DNA of 64,000 bases, taken from the NCBI GenBank assembly GCA_965224245.1, contig OZ245046.1:1568001-1632000 (forward strand). The letters are read 5' to 3'. The notes under the pieces are model-generated. The model was not told the DNA's origin. It saw only the letters and a list, made by a program, of their open reading frames with translations, and did no database searches. A program made the translations under genes and the position numbers. This document shows, in pieces, positions 28,889 to 38,122 of this stretch (positions are counted from its first letter, which is position 1; each line of letters starts with the position of its first letter). The DNA is from Candidatus Eiseniibacteriota bacterium. Its GTDB lineage: Bacteria > Eisenbacteria > RBG-16-71-46 > CAZAMP01.

Positions 28889-29533
28889 GTGAACCGTTCG
28901 ACGTTCGTCCCGCTCGCGCCGGTCGCCTTGCTGGCCGCCGCGCTCTCGCTCGTGGCCCTGACCACGGCGGGTGCGGTGAGCTCCGCCGCGCGCGAGGTCG
29001 CCCTGGTCGACGGCGACGCGCGGTCGGTGCCGTTCGGCGAGCTGCTGGACTCGGCCGCGGACGGCGGAGCGCGGGTTCAGATCGTGCTGTTCTGGTCCCT
29101 GTACGAGCCCCTGTCGCGCCGATCACTCCGATCGCTCGACCTGTACCTGGAGGATGCCGACGACGGGGTCGTCGCGATCGGCGTGGCCATCCCCGAGTAC
29201 CGGGAAGGTCCCGACGCGATCGCGGAGTTCGCCCGGAAGGCCCGCGTGACGTTGCCGATCTACCTCGACCCCGACGGGCGCCTCCTCAGAGCCCTCACAC
29301 GCGAGGCGAGCCCGGAGGAGCGGCCCGCCCCGAGCCCGGCGACCCGATCCGCCGACGCGCGCCCGGAGCTTCCGACCACGGTCGTGCTCGGTCCGGACGG
29401 CGCCGTCGGCGCGCTCCTGACCGGCGAGCACGCGGCCACCCCCGAGGCGCTCGGGGCCGCGATATCGCGTGCGGCGTCACGCACGCGCTCTCACGGAGAC
29501 TCTCGCGTGCGAGAGGACGGAGATCGCCGGTGA
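28889..29533 (+). CDS. Exported TlpA/redoxin-fold protein lacking CxxC
   Basis: Signal peptide; VLFWSLYEPLS (cf. FWAxWCxxC), LP.YLDPDG, LPTTVVLGPDG. Confidence 0.6.
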   Translation: MNRSTFVPLAPVALLAAALSLVALTTAGAVSSAAREVALVDGDARSVPFGELLDSAADGGARVQIVLFWSLYEPLSRRSLRSLDLYLEDADDGVVAIGVAIPEYREGPDAIAEFARKARVTLPIYLDPDGRLLRALTREASPEERPAPSPATRSADARPELPTTVVLGPDGAVGALLTGEHAATPEALGAAISRAASRTRSHGDSRVREDGDRR

Positions 29534-30042
29534 GTCCTCTGGACGTCGCGCTCCTGGCGGTGATCGGCCTGTCCACGCTGATCGGTGCGTTCCGGGGGCT
29601 CTTGAAGGAGGTCATCGGGGTGGCGGGCATCGTCCTGGCCGCTGTCGCGGCGCGAACCCTGGCTCCTGCGATCGTGAGCGTGCTCGGATACGAGAACTCC
29701 CCCGGCGGTGACGTCGTGGTCATGGTCATCATCTTCGTCGCGGTGCTGGTGGCGGTGGCCGTTCTCGGGTGGGTGCTTCGCCGCGTCTTCGACGCCCTTC
29801 AGCTCGGACCCGTGGATCGCTTCTTCGGAGGGGTGCTGGGGCTCGTCCGGGGCGTCGCCATCACGACCGTCGGGCTCACGCTGCTCGTGCTCTCGGTCGA
29901 TCCCCGCAGCCGCGTGTTCGACGAGTCCGTCGGGCTGCGCTGGCACGCGCCGGGCGTGGAGTGGCTGGGCACGCACCTTCCGCTCGACGGCGCGCGCCGC
30001 TCGTTCGTGGATCGCTGGGAGGTCGTCTCTCCGCGTCGCTGA
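29530..30042 (+). CDS. cvpA: CvpA family membrane protein
   Basis: LD..LL......G.FRGLLKE, LG.VDRFFGGVLGLVRG. Confidence 0.85.
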   Translation: MSPLDVALLAVIGLSTLIGAFRGLLKEVIGVAGIVLAAVAARTLAPAIVSVLGYENSPGGDVVVMVIIFVAVLVAVAVLGWVLRRVFDALQLGPVDRFFGGVLGLVRGVAITTVGLTLLVLSVDPRSRVFDESVGLRWHAPGVEWLGTHLPLDGARRSFVDRWEVVSPRR

Positions 30043-30104
30043 ACCGGGCACGCCCGATCGCGCGAGGGACTCCGCCGTCTCACACGCACCGGAAGGTGCC
30101 CGGG

Positions 30105-31334
30105 TCACGCTCCATCCGAGTCCACGGCCGTGGGGGCGCGGTACAGGCGGCTCTCCCGGTAGCGGTCCGCGATCCGGGTCCACGCCATCTTCGAGATGGC
30201 GGTGAGCGGCACCGCCAGAAGAACGCCCACGAAGCCGAACAGGCTCCCGAACACGATCAGGCCCATCAGGATCGCCACCGGGTGCAGCCCGACCTCGCGC
30301 CCCACGACGCGCGGCGAGATCAGATGTCCCTCCAGCTGCTGGACGAGCACGTAGATCCCGGCGACCCAGCCCAGTGTCGGCCATGCGGGTGCACCGCTGA
30401 ACAGGGTGGTGGCGACGGCCAGGACGAGACTGATCCAGAACCCGATCACCGGGACGAGGTTCAGTGCACCGGTCGCGATGCCCAGCGCGATGGCGTGCGG
30501 GACGTGCGCCACGAACAGGAGCCCGCCGGTCAGGACGCCCGTCACCGCGGACACGGTCAGCTGTCCGCGCACGTAGGCGGCCGTCAGGCCGTCGAGCTCG
30601 GCCAGGAACTCCGAGACGCCGTCGCGCATCGCGATCGGGACGAGCCCGAGCGCGCCCGCGCGCACGCGATCGATGTCGATCAGGAGATACAGCAGCAGCA
30701 CCGGCGTGATGATCAGAAAGCTCACCACGTCGGCGACGGCGCTGACGCCGGTTCCGATCGACGAGGCCCCTTTCAGGAGCGTGTTGCCGAGCGACTCCAG
30801 CCAGCCGGCGAGCTCGGGGATGAAGCCCTCCAGTCGGGACTGGATCTCGCCCGACGGCAGGCGGTCGAGCCACGGCCGGAGCGCGTCGACGCCCTCGGTG
30901 GCCAGGCGTGAGGCGCTGGTGGCCAGCGCGCGGGCGCCATCGAGGGCCGGCCCCACGGCGGCGAGGATCCCCAGCGCGACGACCGCCAGCACCGCGCAGA
31001 GGAGGAGCGTGGCCGTCAGGGGGCGCGGGATCCGGGCGCGCTCGAACCGATCCACGACCGGATCCAGGACGTAGGCGAGGACCAGCGCGACCAGGAAGGG
31101 CCGGAGCACCAGGTAGAGACGGTCCAGCGCCCAGAACGCGACGAGGACGCAGGCCGCGGTCAAGAGCACGAACGCCCAGCGATGGTGGCGGACCGGATAG
31201 GCCACGATGAAGAGTCCCCCGAGCGCAGCGAGCGGTCCGAGGCCCGGGAGAACCGCCGTGACCAGGAACGCGAACAGCACGATCGCGGCGAGCGTCTCGG
31301 CGGGAAACGCGCGCGGCGGCGTCGGGTCGGTCAC
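30105..31334 (-). CDS. AI-2E family transporter
   Basis: PFLVALVLAYVLDP.V, YVRGQ, LNLVP.IG, QQLEG..ISPRVVG..VGLHP, LLAVP. Confidence 0.9.
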   Translation of the reverse strand: MTDPTPPRAFPAETLAAIVLFAFLVTAVLPGLGPLAALGGLFIVAYPVRHHRWAFVLLTAACVLVAFWALDRLYLVLRPFLVALVLAYVLDPVVDRFERARIPRPLTATLLLCAVLAVVALGILAAVGPALDGARALATSASRLATEGVDALRPWLDRLPSGEIQSRLEGFIPELAGWLESLGNTLLKGASSIGTGVSAVADVVSFLIITPVLLLYLLIDIDRVRAGALGLVPIAMRDGVSEFLAELDGLTAAYVRGQLTVSAVTGVLTGGLLFVAHVPHAIALGIATGALNLVPVIGFWISLVLAVATTLFSGAPAWPTLGWVAGIYVLVQQLEGHLISPRVVGREVGLHPVAILMGLIVFGSLFGFVGVLLAVPLTAISKMAWTRIADRYRESRLYRAPTAVDSDGA

Positions 31335-32052
31335 GGGCTGGCTCCTCTCTGGCTGAGCATCAGGACTTGAACGATGCGAAACACCAGCGATACACCCACC
31401 GGCACGAACAGCGCATCTCGAAACCGGCAGCGATAGAAGACCGAGCCACCGAGCGCCAGGACTCCCAGCCACCAGAAGTTGATCGGCGACACCCACGCCG
31501 CGAGGAGCCCGGCGGTGCCCGAGGGCGGCAGGTCGAGAAGCGTGGCCAGGCTGGGGCCCGCCTCGCCCCAGCCCATGAGGCCGCTGACCAGGAGACCCGC
31601 GACGTTCACCAGATCGCGTGCGCCACGAGGCTCATGTGATGCTCGAAGCGCACCGGCGGATCGGCGGCGCCGTGATGCTGCTGTGCGCTCACGTGGAGTA
31701 GCCCGGCCCACCCCACGAGGGCCACGATCCATCCGATCGAGACGATCCCGTGGATGGCCGCGCGGGTGAGCCCCGGATGGCGCTCGACCCACTCGGTGGC
31801 CGCCTGTCGCTCCCCGCCGACCCCGCGCGCCCCGTCGGAAAGCTCTTCCAGTGATGTCTGAAAGCGATCGCGGAACATGAAGACGGCAATCAGGTTCCAG
31901 GCCATAAGAGATGCCACGATCGGGACCCGGACGGTCGGACGCGCCCGAATCTCCCGCACGAGTGTGTGCGGGTGCAGGAACACCGCGATCAGGCGCGCGA
32001 GCGCACGTGACGTCGGCAACGGTGTTGCGTTCGGCCCACGGTCTGGCATCAT
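31331..32052 (-). pseudogene. Yip1-like membrane protein split by an apparent 1-nt deletion near 31610
   Basis: N-half (LIAVFLHP......IRARP...SLVAHAIW*) ends at 31606; C-half (LVNVAGLL...SPINFWW.GVLALG) continues in another frame to 31331 and overlaps the AI-2E start. Confidence 0.65.
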
Positions 32053-32379
32053 CGTTCTCCGGCAAAACGGGCGCCCGGATGCGGAACGCGCCGCCTCGCG
32101 CGACGGGAGCCGGCGCGGCGCGATTGTGACAAACATCCTGCGCGCTCAGTCGATAAACGAGACGAGTTGCCGAGTCAAACCCGGCCCGCGGCCGCGCGCT
32201 CGTTGCGGCGTTCGATCCCGAGCTCGGCGCGAGTTCGGCGTGGCGCTCGGTGAGCCGCATCGGTGGGCGCGCTCGCGCCGGCCCGAGTCGACGTGCCGCT
32301 TGACTCGCGGCCACGGATTACGTACACGCGTTGACCCTCGACGAGCCGGGGGACGACCGCCACGACCAATGAGGACCTC

Positions 32380-33147
32380 ATGATCGCGCGACGTTTGCTT
32401 CTGACCGTGCTGGGCGGGCTCGTTCTGGCCGCGACGGCCGAGGCCCAGCCCGCCGGTGACGACGGCGGCACGTTCGGCACCCGGCGCGGGTCGCTGACGA
32501 TCCTCTCGCAGCCGCGTGGAGCCGTGTTCCGGCTCGAGGGCACGCAGATCGAGCTGACCGGACGGACCCCGTGGTCGATCGCGCGCGGCCTGGAGGGAAT
32601 CTACACCCTCCGCGCCGAGAACTCCGGCTACGAGTCCTGGTCCCAGACGGTCTACCTGGATCCCACGAGCCAGGACACGCTCCGCATCCAGCTCACGCCG
32701 AAGACCCGTTTCCGGGCGCTGGCGCGCTCGATCGTCGTTCCCGGCTGGGGACAGACGTACACCGATCAGCGCGGAAAGGGCGTTGCGTTCTTCCTGACGA
32801 CGGCCGCGGCCGGGGTCACCGCGCTGGTCCTGGACGATCGGTACGACGACCAGGTGGACGATCTCGAGCTGGCCTTCGACGCCTACGAGGACGAGAACGA
32901 GGCCGCGGTGAAGGCGGAGCTGTGGAAGGTCGTCCAGCGCGAGCTGAAGACCGCCGAAGACTACGATCGAGACCGCGACATCGCCGTCGCGATCACCGGT
33001 GCGCTGTACGCCGCCAACCTCCTGGACGCGTTCTTCCTGTTCCCCAAGCGGGGCACCAGCCTCTTCGCCGCGACGCCGGACGGTCGCGGTCTGTATGCCG
33101 CGATGTCGCCGCGCCAGACCAACGTGGGTCTGCGATGGACCTTCTGA
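32380..33147 (+). CDS. Exported PEGA-domain / DUF5683-like protein
   Basis: Signal peptide, L.I.SQP.GA...GRTP...G.Y.L...GYE.W, RS.VVPGWGQ.Y, C-terminal WTF. Confidence 0.7.
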   Translation: MIARRLLLTVLGGLVLAATAEAQPAGDDGGTFGTRRGSLTILSQPRGAVFRLEGTQIELTGRTPWSIARGLEGIYTLRAENSGYESWSQTVYLDPTSQDTLRIQLTPKTRFRALARSIVVPGWGQTYTDQRGKGVAFFLTTAAAGVTALVLDDRYDDQVDDLELAFDAYEDENEAAVKAELWKVVQRELKTAEDYDRDRDIAVAITGALYAANLLDAFFLFPKRGTSLFAATPDGRGLYAAMSPRQTNVGLRWTF

Positions 33148-33161
33148 GAAAGGGACGTGTC

Positions 33162-35042
33162 ATGACCACCTCGACGATGAGCCGCGGCGGCCTCGGGCTG
33201 GCGCTGATCGCCCTTTCCGTGTCCGCGTTCACGTCCTGCGACAACACGCACGAGAACTTCGACCAGCTCGTGGGGAACGACCCCGGCGTCACCGGCCTGA
33301 CCCCGCCCGTCCCGCACGAGGTCCGCGTCGAGGTCGGCGATCTGGCGATCACGCTCACCTGGACCGTCGACGACGCCTCCGGCGTCGCGTCCTACGTCGT
33401 GTACCGCTCGGAAGGCGGGGGCCCCGAGGAGGAGATCGCCGACGGCATCGCGGACACGCGCTACGTGGACACGGGCGTCTCCAACGGCGTGACCTATGGC
33501 TACCGCGTGGCATCGGTGCTCACCAACGGTCTGATCGGGGATCGGTCCACGCGGGTGGCGGTCACCCCTGGCGTCTACGGCGTCGCGATCAACGGTGGCG
33601 CGGCGTACGCGAACTCGCGGAACGTCACGCTGAACCTGACGGCTCCAGCGGGCACGACGGGTCTGCGCGTCGGGGAGGACCCCGACCTCGGCGCCGAGCC
33701 GTGGCGCGCCTTCACGGTCACGACGGCGTTCCAGCTGGCCGCCGGCGACGGTGCCCGCACCGTGTACGCGCAGTTCCGCGACGCCGCGGGCAACGTCAGC
33801 ACGGTGTTCTCCGACGAGATCACGCTGGACACCATCGCCGAGATCCTGTCGGTCGATCACTCCGTGACCGACGGGATGGCCGACCCCGGCGAGGCCATCG
33901 ACTTCCGGCTGGAGACCCGCGAGACCGGGGGGCAGGCCACGATCAGCATCGGGACCGCGCGCACCGGCATCGCGCTCTTCGACGACGGGGCCCACGGGGA
34001 CGACGATCCCGACGACGGGGTGTACGCGACGCGGTTCGTGGTGCCGGTGGGGCTGGAGGCCGCGGACGCCGACGTCATCGGACGGTTCACCGATGCCGCC
34101 GGGAACCGTGCCGACGATGTCTCCGCACCGACCACGCTGACCATCAACGCGCCACCGGGTGCCGTCGTGCTCGCGTCGCCATTCAACGTGCGGGAGACCC
34201 GGCTGAACCTCAGCTGGACGCAGAGCCCGGCACGCGACTTCTCGCGCTACGCGGTCATCCGGGCCGAGGCGCCCGGGGCCGCGACCGACCCCGACCGCAT
34301 GGTCGTGGCCACGATCACCGACGTGGCCGAGACCACGTTCGAGGACTCGGGCCTCGAAGCGGATACGGCGTACTTCTACGTGGTCGAGGTCGTCGACGCG
34401 CTCGGCGCGGCCACGCCGAGCAACGAGGTCTCGGCTACCACCCGGGGCGCTCCGCCGGCGGTCACGCTGGTCTCGCCGACCGACATCACGGCCGCCGAGA
34501 TGACGCTGTCGTGGGCCCGGAGCGACGCGGCGGACTTCGCCGCCTACGTGCTCTACCGGTCCGAGGCGTCGAGCGTGGACGAGACCGACGATCGCGTGGC
34601 GCGCATCACCGACGTCGACGTCCTGACCGCCACGGCACGGGAGCTCCTGGACAACCAGCGGTACTACTTCCGCGTCTACGTGGAGGACGAGGGCGGCGCG
34701 ACCACCGGGAGCAACGTCGTGAACGGCACCACGGCCAACGCCCCGCCCGACCCCGTCGATCTGACCGACCAGAGCGCGACGTCGGTCAGCGTGAGCCTGG
34801 GCTGGACCCAGTCGGACGCGCACGACTTCGATCGGTACGACGTGCTCAAGGCCGGGGAGGCGTCACCAGGGACGTTCACGCTCCTGGGATCGCTCACCGA
34901 GCCCAACCAGCGCACCTACACCGACTTCTTCAGCGAGCCCGCGGACACGACGGTCTTCTTCTACAAGGTCACCACGTTCGATACCGCCGGCGGGTCGACC
35001 GACAGCAACGTGGTCACGGTCACCGTGGCGCCGAGTCCCTAG
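33162..35042 (+). CDS. Fibronectin type III repeat lipoprotein
   Basis: Lipobox FTSC; repeated L.W....F..Y..YR...D.GL....Y.Y.V; LFDDGAHGD...DGVY motif. Confidence 0.8.
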   Translation: MTTSTMSRGGLGLALIALSVSAFTSCDNTHENFDQLVGNDPGVTGLTPPVPHEVRVEVGDLAITLTWTVDDASGVASYVVYRSEGGGPEEEIADGIADTRYVDTGVSNGVTYGYRVASVLTNGLIGDRSTRVAVTPGVYGVAINGGAAYANSRNVTLNLTAPAGTTGLRVGEDPDLGAEPWRAFTVTTAFQLAAGDGARTVYAQFRDAAGNVSTVFSDEITLDTIAEILSVDHSVTDGMADPGEAIDFRLETRETGGQATISIGTARTGIALFDDGAHGDDDPDDGVYATRFVVPVGLEAADADVIGRFTDAAGNRADDVSAPTTLTINAPPGAVVLASPFNVRETRLNLSWTQSPARDFSRYAVIRAEAPGAATDPDRMVVATITDVAETTFEDSGLEADTAYFYVVEVVDALGAATPSNEVSATTRGAPPAVTLVSPTDITAAEMTLSWARSDAADFAAYVLYRSEASSVDETDDRVARITDVDVLTATARELLDNQRYYFRVYVEDEGGATTGSNVVNGTTANAPPDPVDLTDQSATSVSVSLGWTQSDAHDFDRYDVLKAGEASPGTFTLLGSLTEPNQRTYTDFFSEPADTTVFFYKVTTFDTAGGSTDSNVVTVTVAPSP

Positions 35043-35227
35043 TCGGCGCGCTCTCCCTCGGGAGGCCACCGGGCCTGCCGAGCGGGCCCCTGGCGGACTG
35101 TCGTCGCGCCGGTGGGGGCCGGCCTCGAGCCGGCCCGCGGGGCGCCGCATCCCTGGTGGCCGCGGACCAGGCCGGACACGCCACCAGGGGCTCCGAACCC
35201 CGCACGATGGTCGCTCCAAGCCACTGG

Positions 35228-35268
35228 TGATCAATGCCTTTACACGACCTGTCAGCTTATTTTACACT
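35228..35268 (+). promoter_or_regulatory. AT-rich regulatory patch upstream of the polysaccharide operon
   Basis: TTTACAC twice (35239, 35261); TGT-N11-ACA at 35250-35266; possible TTTACA-N18-TACACT promoter. Confidence 0.5.
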
Positions 35269-35473
35269 CATCGTTTCCAGGCCACGGCCGACAACTAGAA
35301 CTGGTGGAGTAGGCTGGCGCCTCACCGTGCGCCCAGCCGGCGCCGCCCGAACCAGGAGTCGGACCGACGACGCGGCGGACGGGACCGCTACCGCCGGCGG
35401 GCGTCTTCGGGGTGGGTGGAACGAATGTGCCCAAGGTCCGACATCTCGGGTTCGCGACAAGGAGCCGTCTTCC

Positions 35474-38122
35474 ATGCCTCGCCACCTCAGGGGATCCATC
35501 TACGCCACGCTCGACGCAATACTCGTGGCCGGCGCGCTGTGGATCGCTCTCGCTCTTCGATTCGACGGCCAGATCCCCCCCGCGGTCGTCCGCCACTACA
35601 TCCTGGTCGCTCCGTGGGTCGCGCTGGTCTCCACGGCGGCGCTCAACGTCGCCGGGGTCCATCGGGTCATATGGCGCTATGCGGGGCTCCATGCGCTGGT
35701 CGACATCACGCGCGCGCTCTCCATCACGAGCCTCGCGCTGGGCATCGTGAATCTGCTGCCGACGCCGCAGCTGTTTCCGCGCTCGGTACCGTTCATCTTC
35801 TGGATGCTGCAGCTCCTGCTCGTGGGGGGCGTCCGTCTGGCGGGCCGGCTCTCCAGCCGGCGTCGCCCGCTCCCGGCCGAGCGCAGCGAGCGCCGGGGCC
35901 GAAAGCGCGTGCTGGTGTTCGGTGCCGGTGACGTCGGAGAAGCGCTCGTTCGGGACCTGATGCGGGGACGGCGCGAGGACTGGGAGCCCGTCGGGTTCGT
36001 CGACGACGATCCCGGCAAGCAGGGGCGCACGATCCATGGGCTCAGGGTCCGCGGTGCCACGATGGACATCCCGAAGCTCGCCCGGCAGCTCGAGGTGGAC
36101 GACGTCATCATCGCCGCTCCGTCGGCCCCCTCGACGCTCGTGTCGTCGATCTTCCGCTGCTGCCAGGAGCACGGGATCGGCTGCAAGACCGTCCCGTCAC
36201 TCTCGGACTACGTCGTCGGCAAGAGTCCGCTGTCGCAGGTGCGCGAGGTTCGCATCGAGGATCTCCTCGGCCGCGAGCCCGTCGAGATCGACATGGACGA
36301 GGTCGGACAGTTTCTGCGTGGGCGCTCGGTGCTGGTCACCGGCGCGGGCGGGAGCATCGGGTCCGAGCTCTGCCGGCAGATCGCGAGGTTCCAGCCGGGG
36401 CGTCTGGTGGCCCTCGATCACGACGAGAACAAGCTCCTGTACATGAGCCTCGAGCTCCGACGCGATCATCCGGAGCTGGATCTCGTGGTGGTGGTCGGCG
36501 ACGTCAAGGAACGAAACGGCATCCGGCACGCGTTCGGCGAGCACCGCCCGCAGGTGATCTTCCACGCCGCCGCGCACAAGCACGTGAACTTCATGGAAAG
36601 CAACCCGCGGGCGGCCATTCTGAACAACGTCCTCGGTACGCGCATCGTGGCCGAGGAGGCCGTCGACTTCGGCGTGAGGCACTTCGTCCTGATCTCCACC
36701 GACAAGGCCGTGAACCCCACGAACGTGATGGGGGCCTCGAAGCGGCTGTGCGAGAAGATCGTCAAGGCGCTCTCGGAGACGCAGGACGTCACGACGTTCA
36801 ACGCCGTTCGGTTCGGGAACGTGCTGGGCTCGGCGGGCAGCGTGATCCCGATCTTCCGCAAGCAGATCGCGGGCGGCGGACCGGTCACCATCACGCACCC
36901 CGAAGCCCGCCGCTACTTCATGACCATTCCCGAGGCGTCGCAGCTGGTGATCCAGGCCGGCGCGTTCGGGCAGAAGGGAACGGTGTTCGTCCTCGACATG
37001 GGAGAGCAGGTGCGGGTCCTCGACGTGGCGCGCCAGCTCATCCGCCTCTCGGGCTTCGCGCCCGATCGCGACGTGCCGATCACCTTCATCGGTCTGCGTC
37101 CGGGGGAGAAGCTCTACGAAGAGCTCCTGACCGACTCGGAGCGAACGACCGCCAGCGTGCACCGGAAGATCCTCATCTGGGAGTCCGACCCCGAGGACTG
37201 GTCCACGCTCGCGGCCACATGCGCCGAGCTGGTGACGATGGCCGATTCCGGGGCGGTCGACGCCGTGAAGGCCAAGCTGGCCGAGATCGTTCCCGAGTAT
37301 CGGATCGACGAGCCGGTGGTGGCGCTGACCGACACGGAGAGCACGATCGAGGCGGCCGTCCCGACGCGGCGCTTCGACGACCGCTACGCGTTGCCGCACG
37401 ACCTGCGGCCGCTTCGCGAATCCCCGGTGACCCACGTGGGACGCGCGGTCGCGCGCGTCCTGATCGCGGTCCCCGCGCTGGTCGGCGTGAGCGTCCTGTC
37501 GCTGGCGCACCTGATCGCCGCTCCCGGAGCGTCGGTGTTCGCGTCGTCCGACCGCATCGGACGGAATCGGCGTTCCGGACCGCGCCGCATGTTCTCCTCG
37601 ACCGTTCCGATCGATCGCCGCGGCCGTGATCGGCGCCTGCGCAACCTCTACGGGCGGCCGTTTCGGCGCGTGCAGTTCAACGTGACGCCGAGGCCGACGG
37701 CCGGTCGCGTCGAGCGCGGGTTCTACGCGTTCCTCGTCCGGCACCGCCTGCACACGCTTCCCAGCGTCATCCACGTTCTGAAGGGTGAGATGGCGCTGAT
37801 CGGTCCCCGGGCGTTGTCGCCCGCGGAGATCGAGGCGGAGCACGCGGTGGATGAGGTCCGGCGTCGCTTCGTCGTGCATCCGGGCGTGACCGGCCTGACG
37901 CACGTGCTCGCGGCCTCCGGTCGGCTGTCGCCGACTCGAGCCGTCGAGATCGACAAGTTCTATGTCTCGCATCGATCGCTCGGGCTGGATCTCAGGATCC
38001 TGACGCGGACCTTCGGTGTGGTGTTGGCTGGTAACCAGAGCGAACCTTTGCGGCTTCGCGATCGGCTCGGCGTCGGCACGCCGTCCCCGACGCGGCTCGA
38101 TGCGGTGGGAGATCAATCGTGA
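35474..38122 (+). CDS. CapD/PglF-like UDP-sugar 4,6-dehydratase fused to a C-terminal degenerate bacterial sugar transferase domain
   Basis: 4 TM, GAG..G, TGAGGSIGSEL, HAAAHKHV, STDKAVNPTNVMGASK, VRFGNVLGS, GLRPGEKLYEEL; tail KGEMALIGPR, PGVTGL, DL.IL.RT. Confidence 0.9.
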   Translation: MPRHLRGSIYATLDAILVAGALWIALALRFDGQIPPAVVRHYILVAPWVALVSTAALNVAGVHRVIWRYAGLHALVDITRALSITSLALGIVNLLPTPQLFPRSVPFIFWMLQLLLVGGVRLAGRLSSRRRPLPAERSERRGRKRVLVFGAGDVGEALVRDLMRGRREDWEPVGFVDDDPGKQGRTIHGLRVRGATMDIPKLARQLEVDDVIIAAPSAPSTLVSSIFRCCQEHGIGCKTVPSLSDYVVGKSPLSQVREVRIEDLLGREPVEIDMDEVGQFLRGRSVLVTGAGGSIGSELCRQIARFQPGRLVALDHDENKLLYMSLELRRDHPELDLVVVVGDVKERNGIRHAFGEHRPQVIFHAAAHKHVNFMESNPRAAILNNVLGTRIVAEEAVDFGVRHFVLISTDKAVNPTNVMGASKRLCEKIVKALSETQDVTTFNAVRFGNVLGSAGSVIPIFRKQIAGGGPVTITHPEARRYFMTIPEASQLVIQAGAFGQKGTVFVLDMGEQVRVLDVARQLIRLSGFAPDRDVPITFIGLRPGEKLYEELLTDSERTTASVHRKILIWESDPEDWSTLAATCAELVTMADSGAVDAVKAKLAEIVPEYRIDEPVVALTDTESTIEAAVPTRRFDDRYALPHDLRPLRESPVTHVGRAVARVLIAVPALVGVSVLSLAHLIAAPGASVFASSDRIGRNRRSGPRRMFSSTVPIDRRGRDRRLRNLYGRPFRRVQFNVTPRPTAGRVERGFYAFLVRHRLHTLPSVIHVLKGEMALIGPRALSPAEIEAEHAVDEVRRRFVVHPGVTGLTHVLAASGRLSPTRAVEIDKFYVSHRSLGLDLRILTRTFGVVLAGNQSEPLRLRDRLGVGTPSPTRLDAVGDQS

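Noticed and set aside
35315-35330. Sigma54-like TGGCGC...TGC
   Set aside because: GG-GC spacing is 11 nt; sigma54 requires 10
35386-35395. ops-like GGCGGTAGCG near the polysaccharide operon
   Set aside because: Present only on the minus strand, the wrong orientation for RfaH-type antitermination
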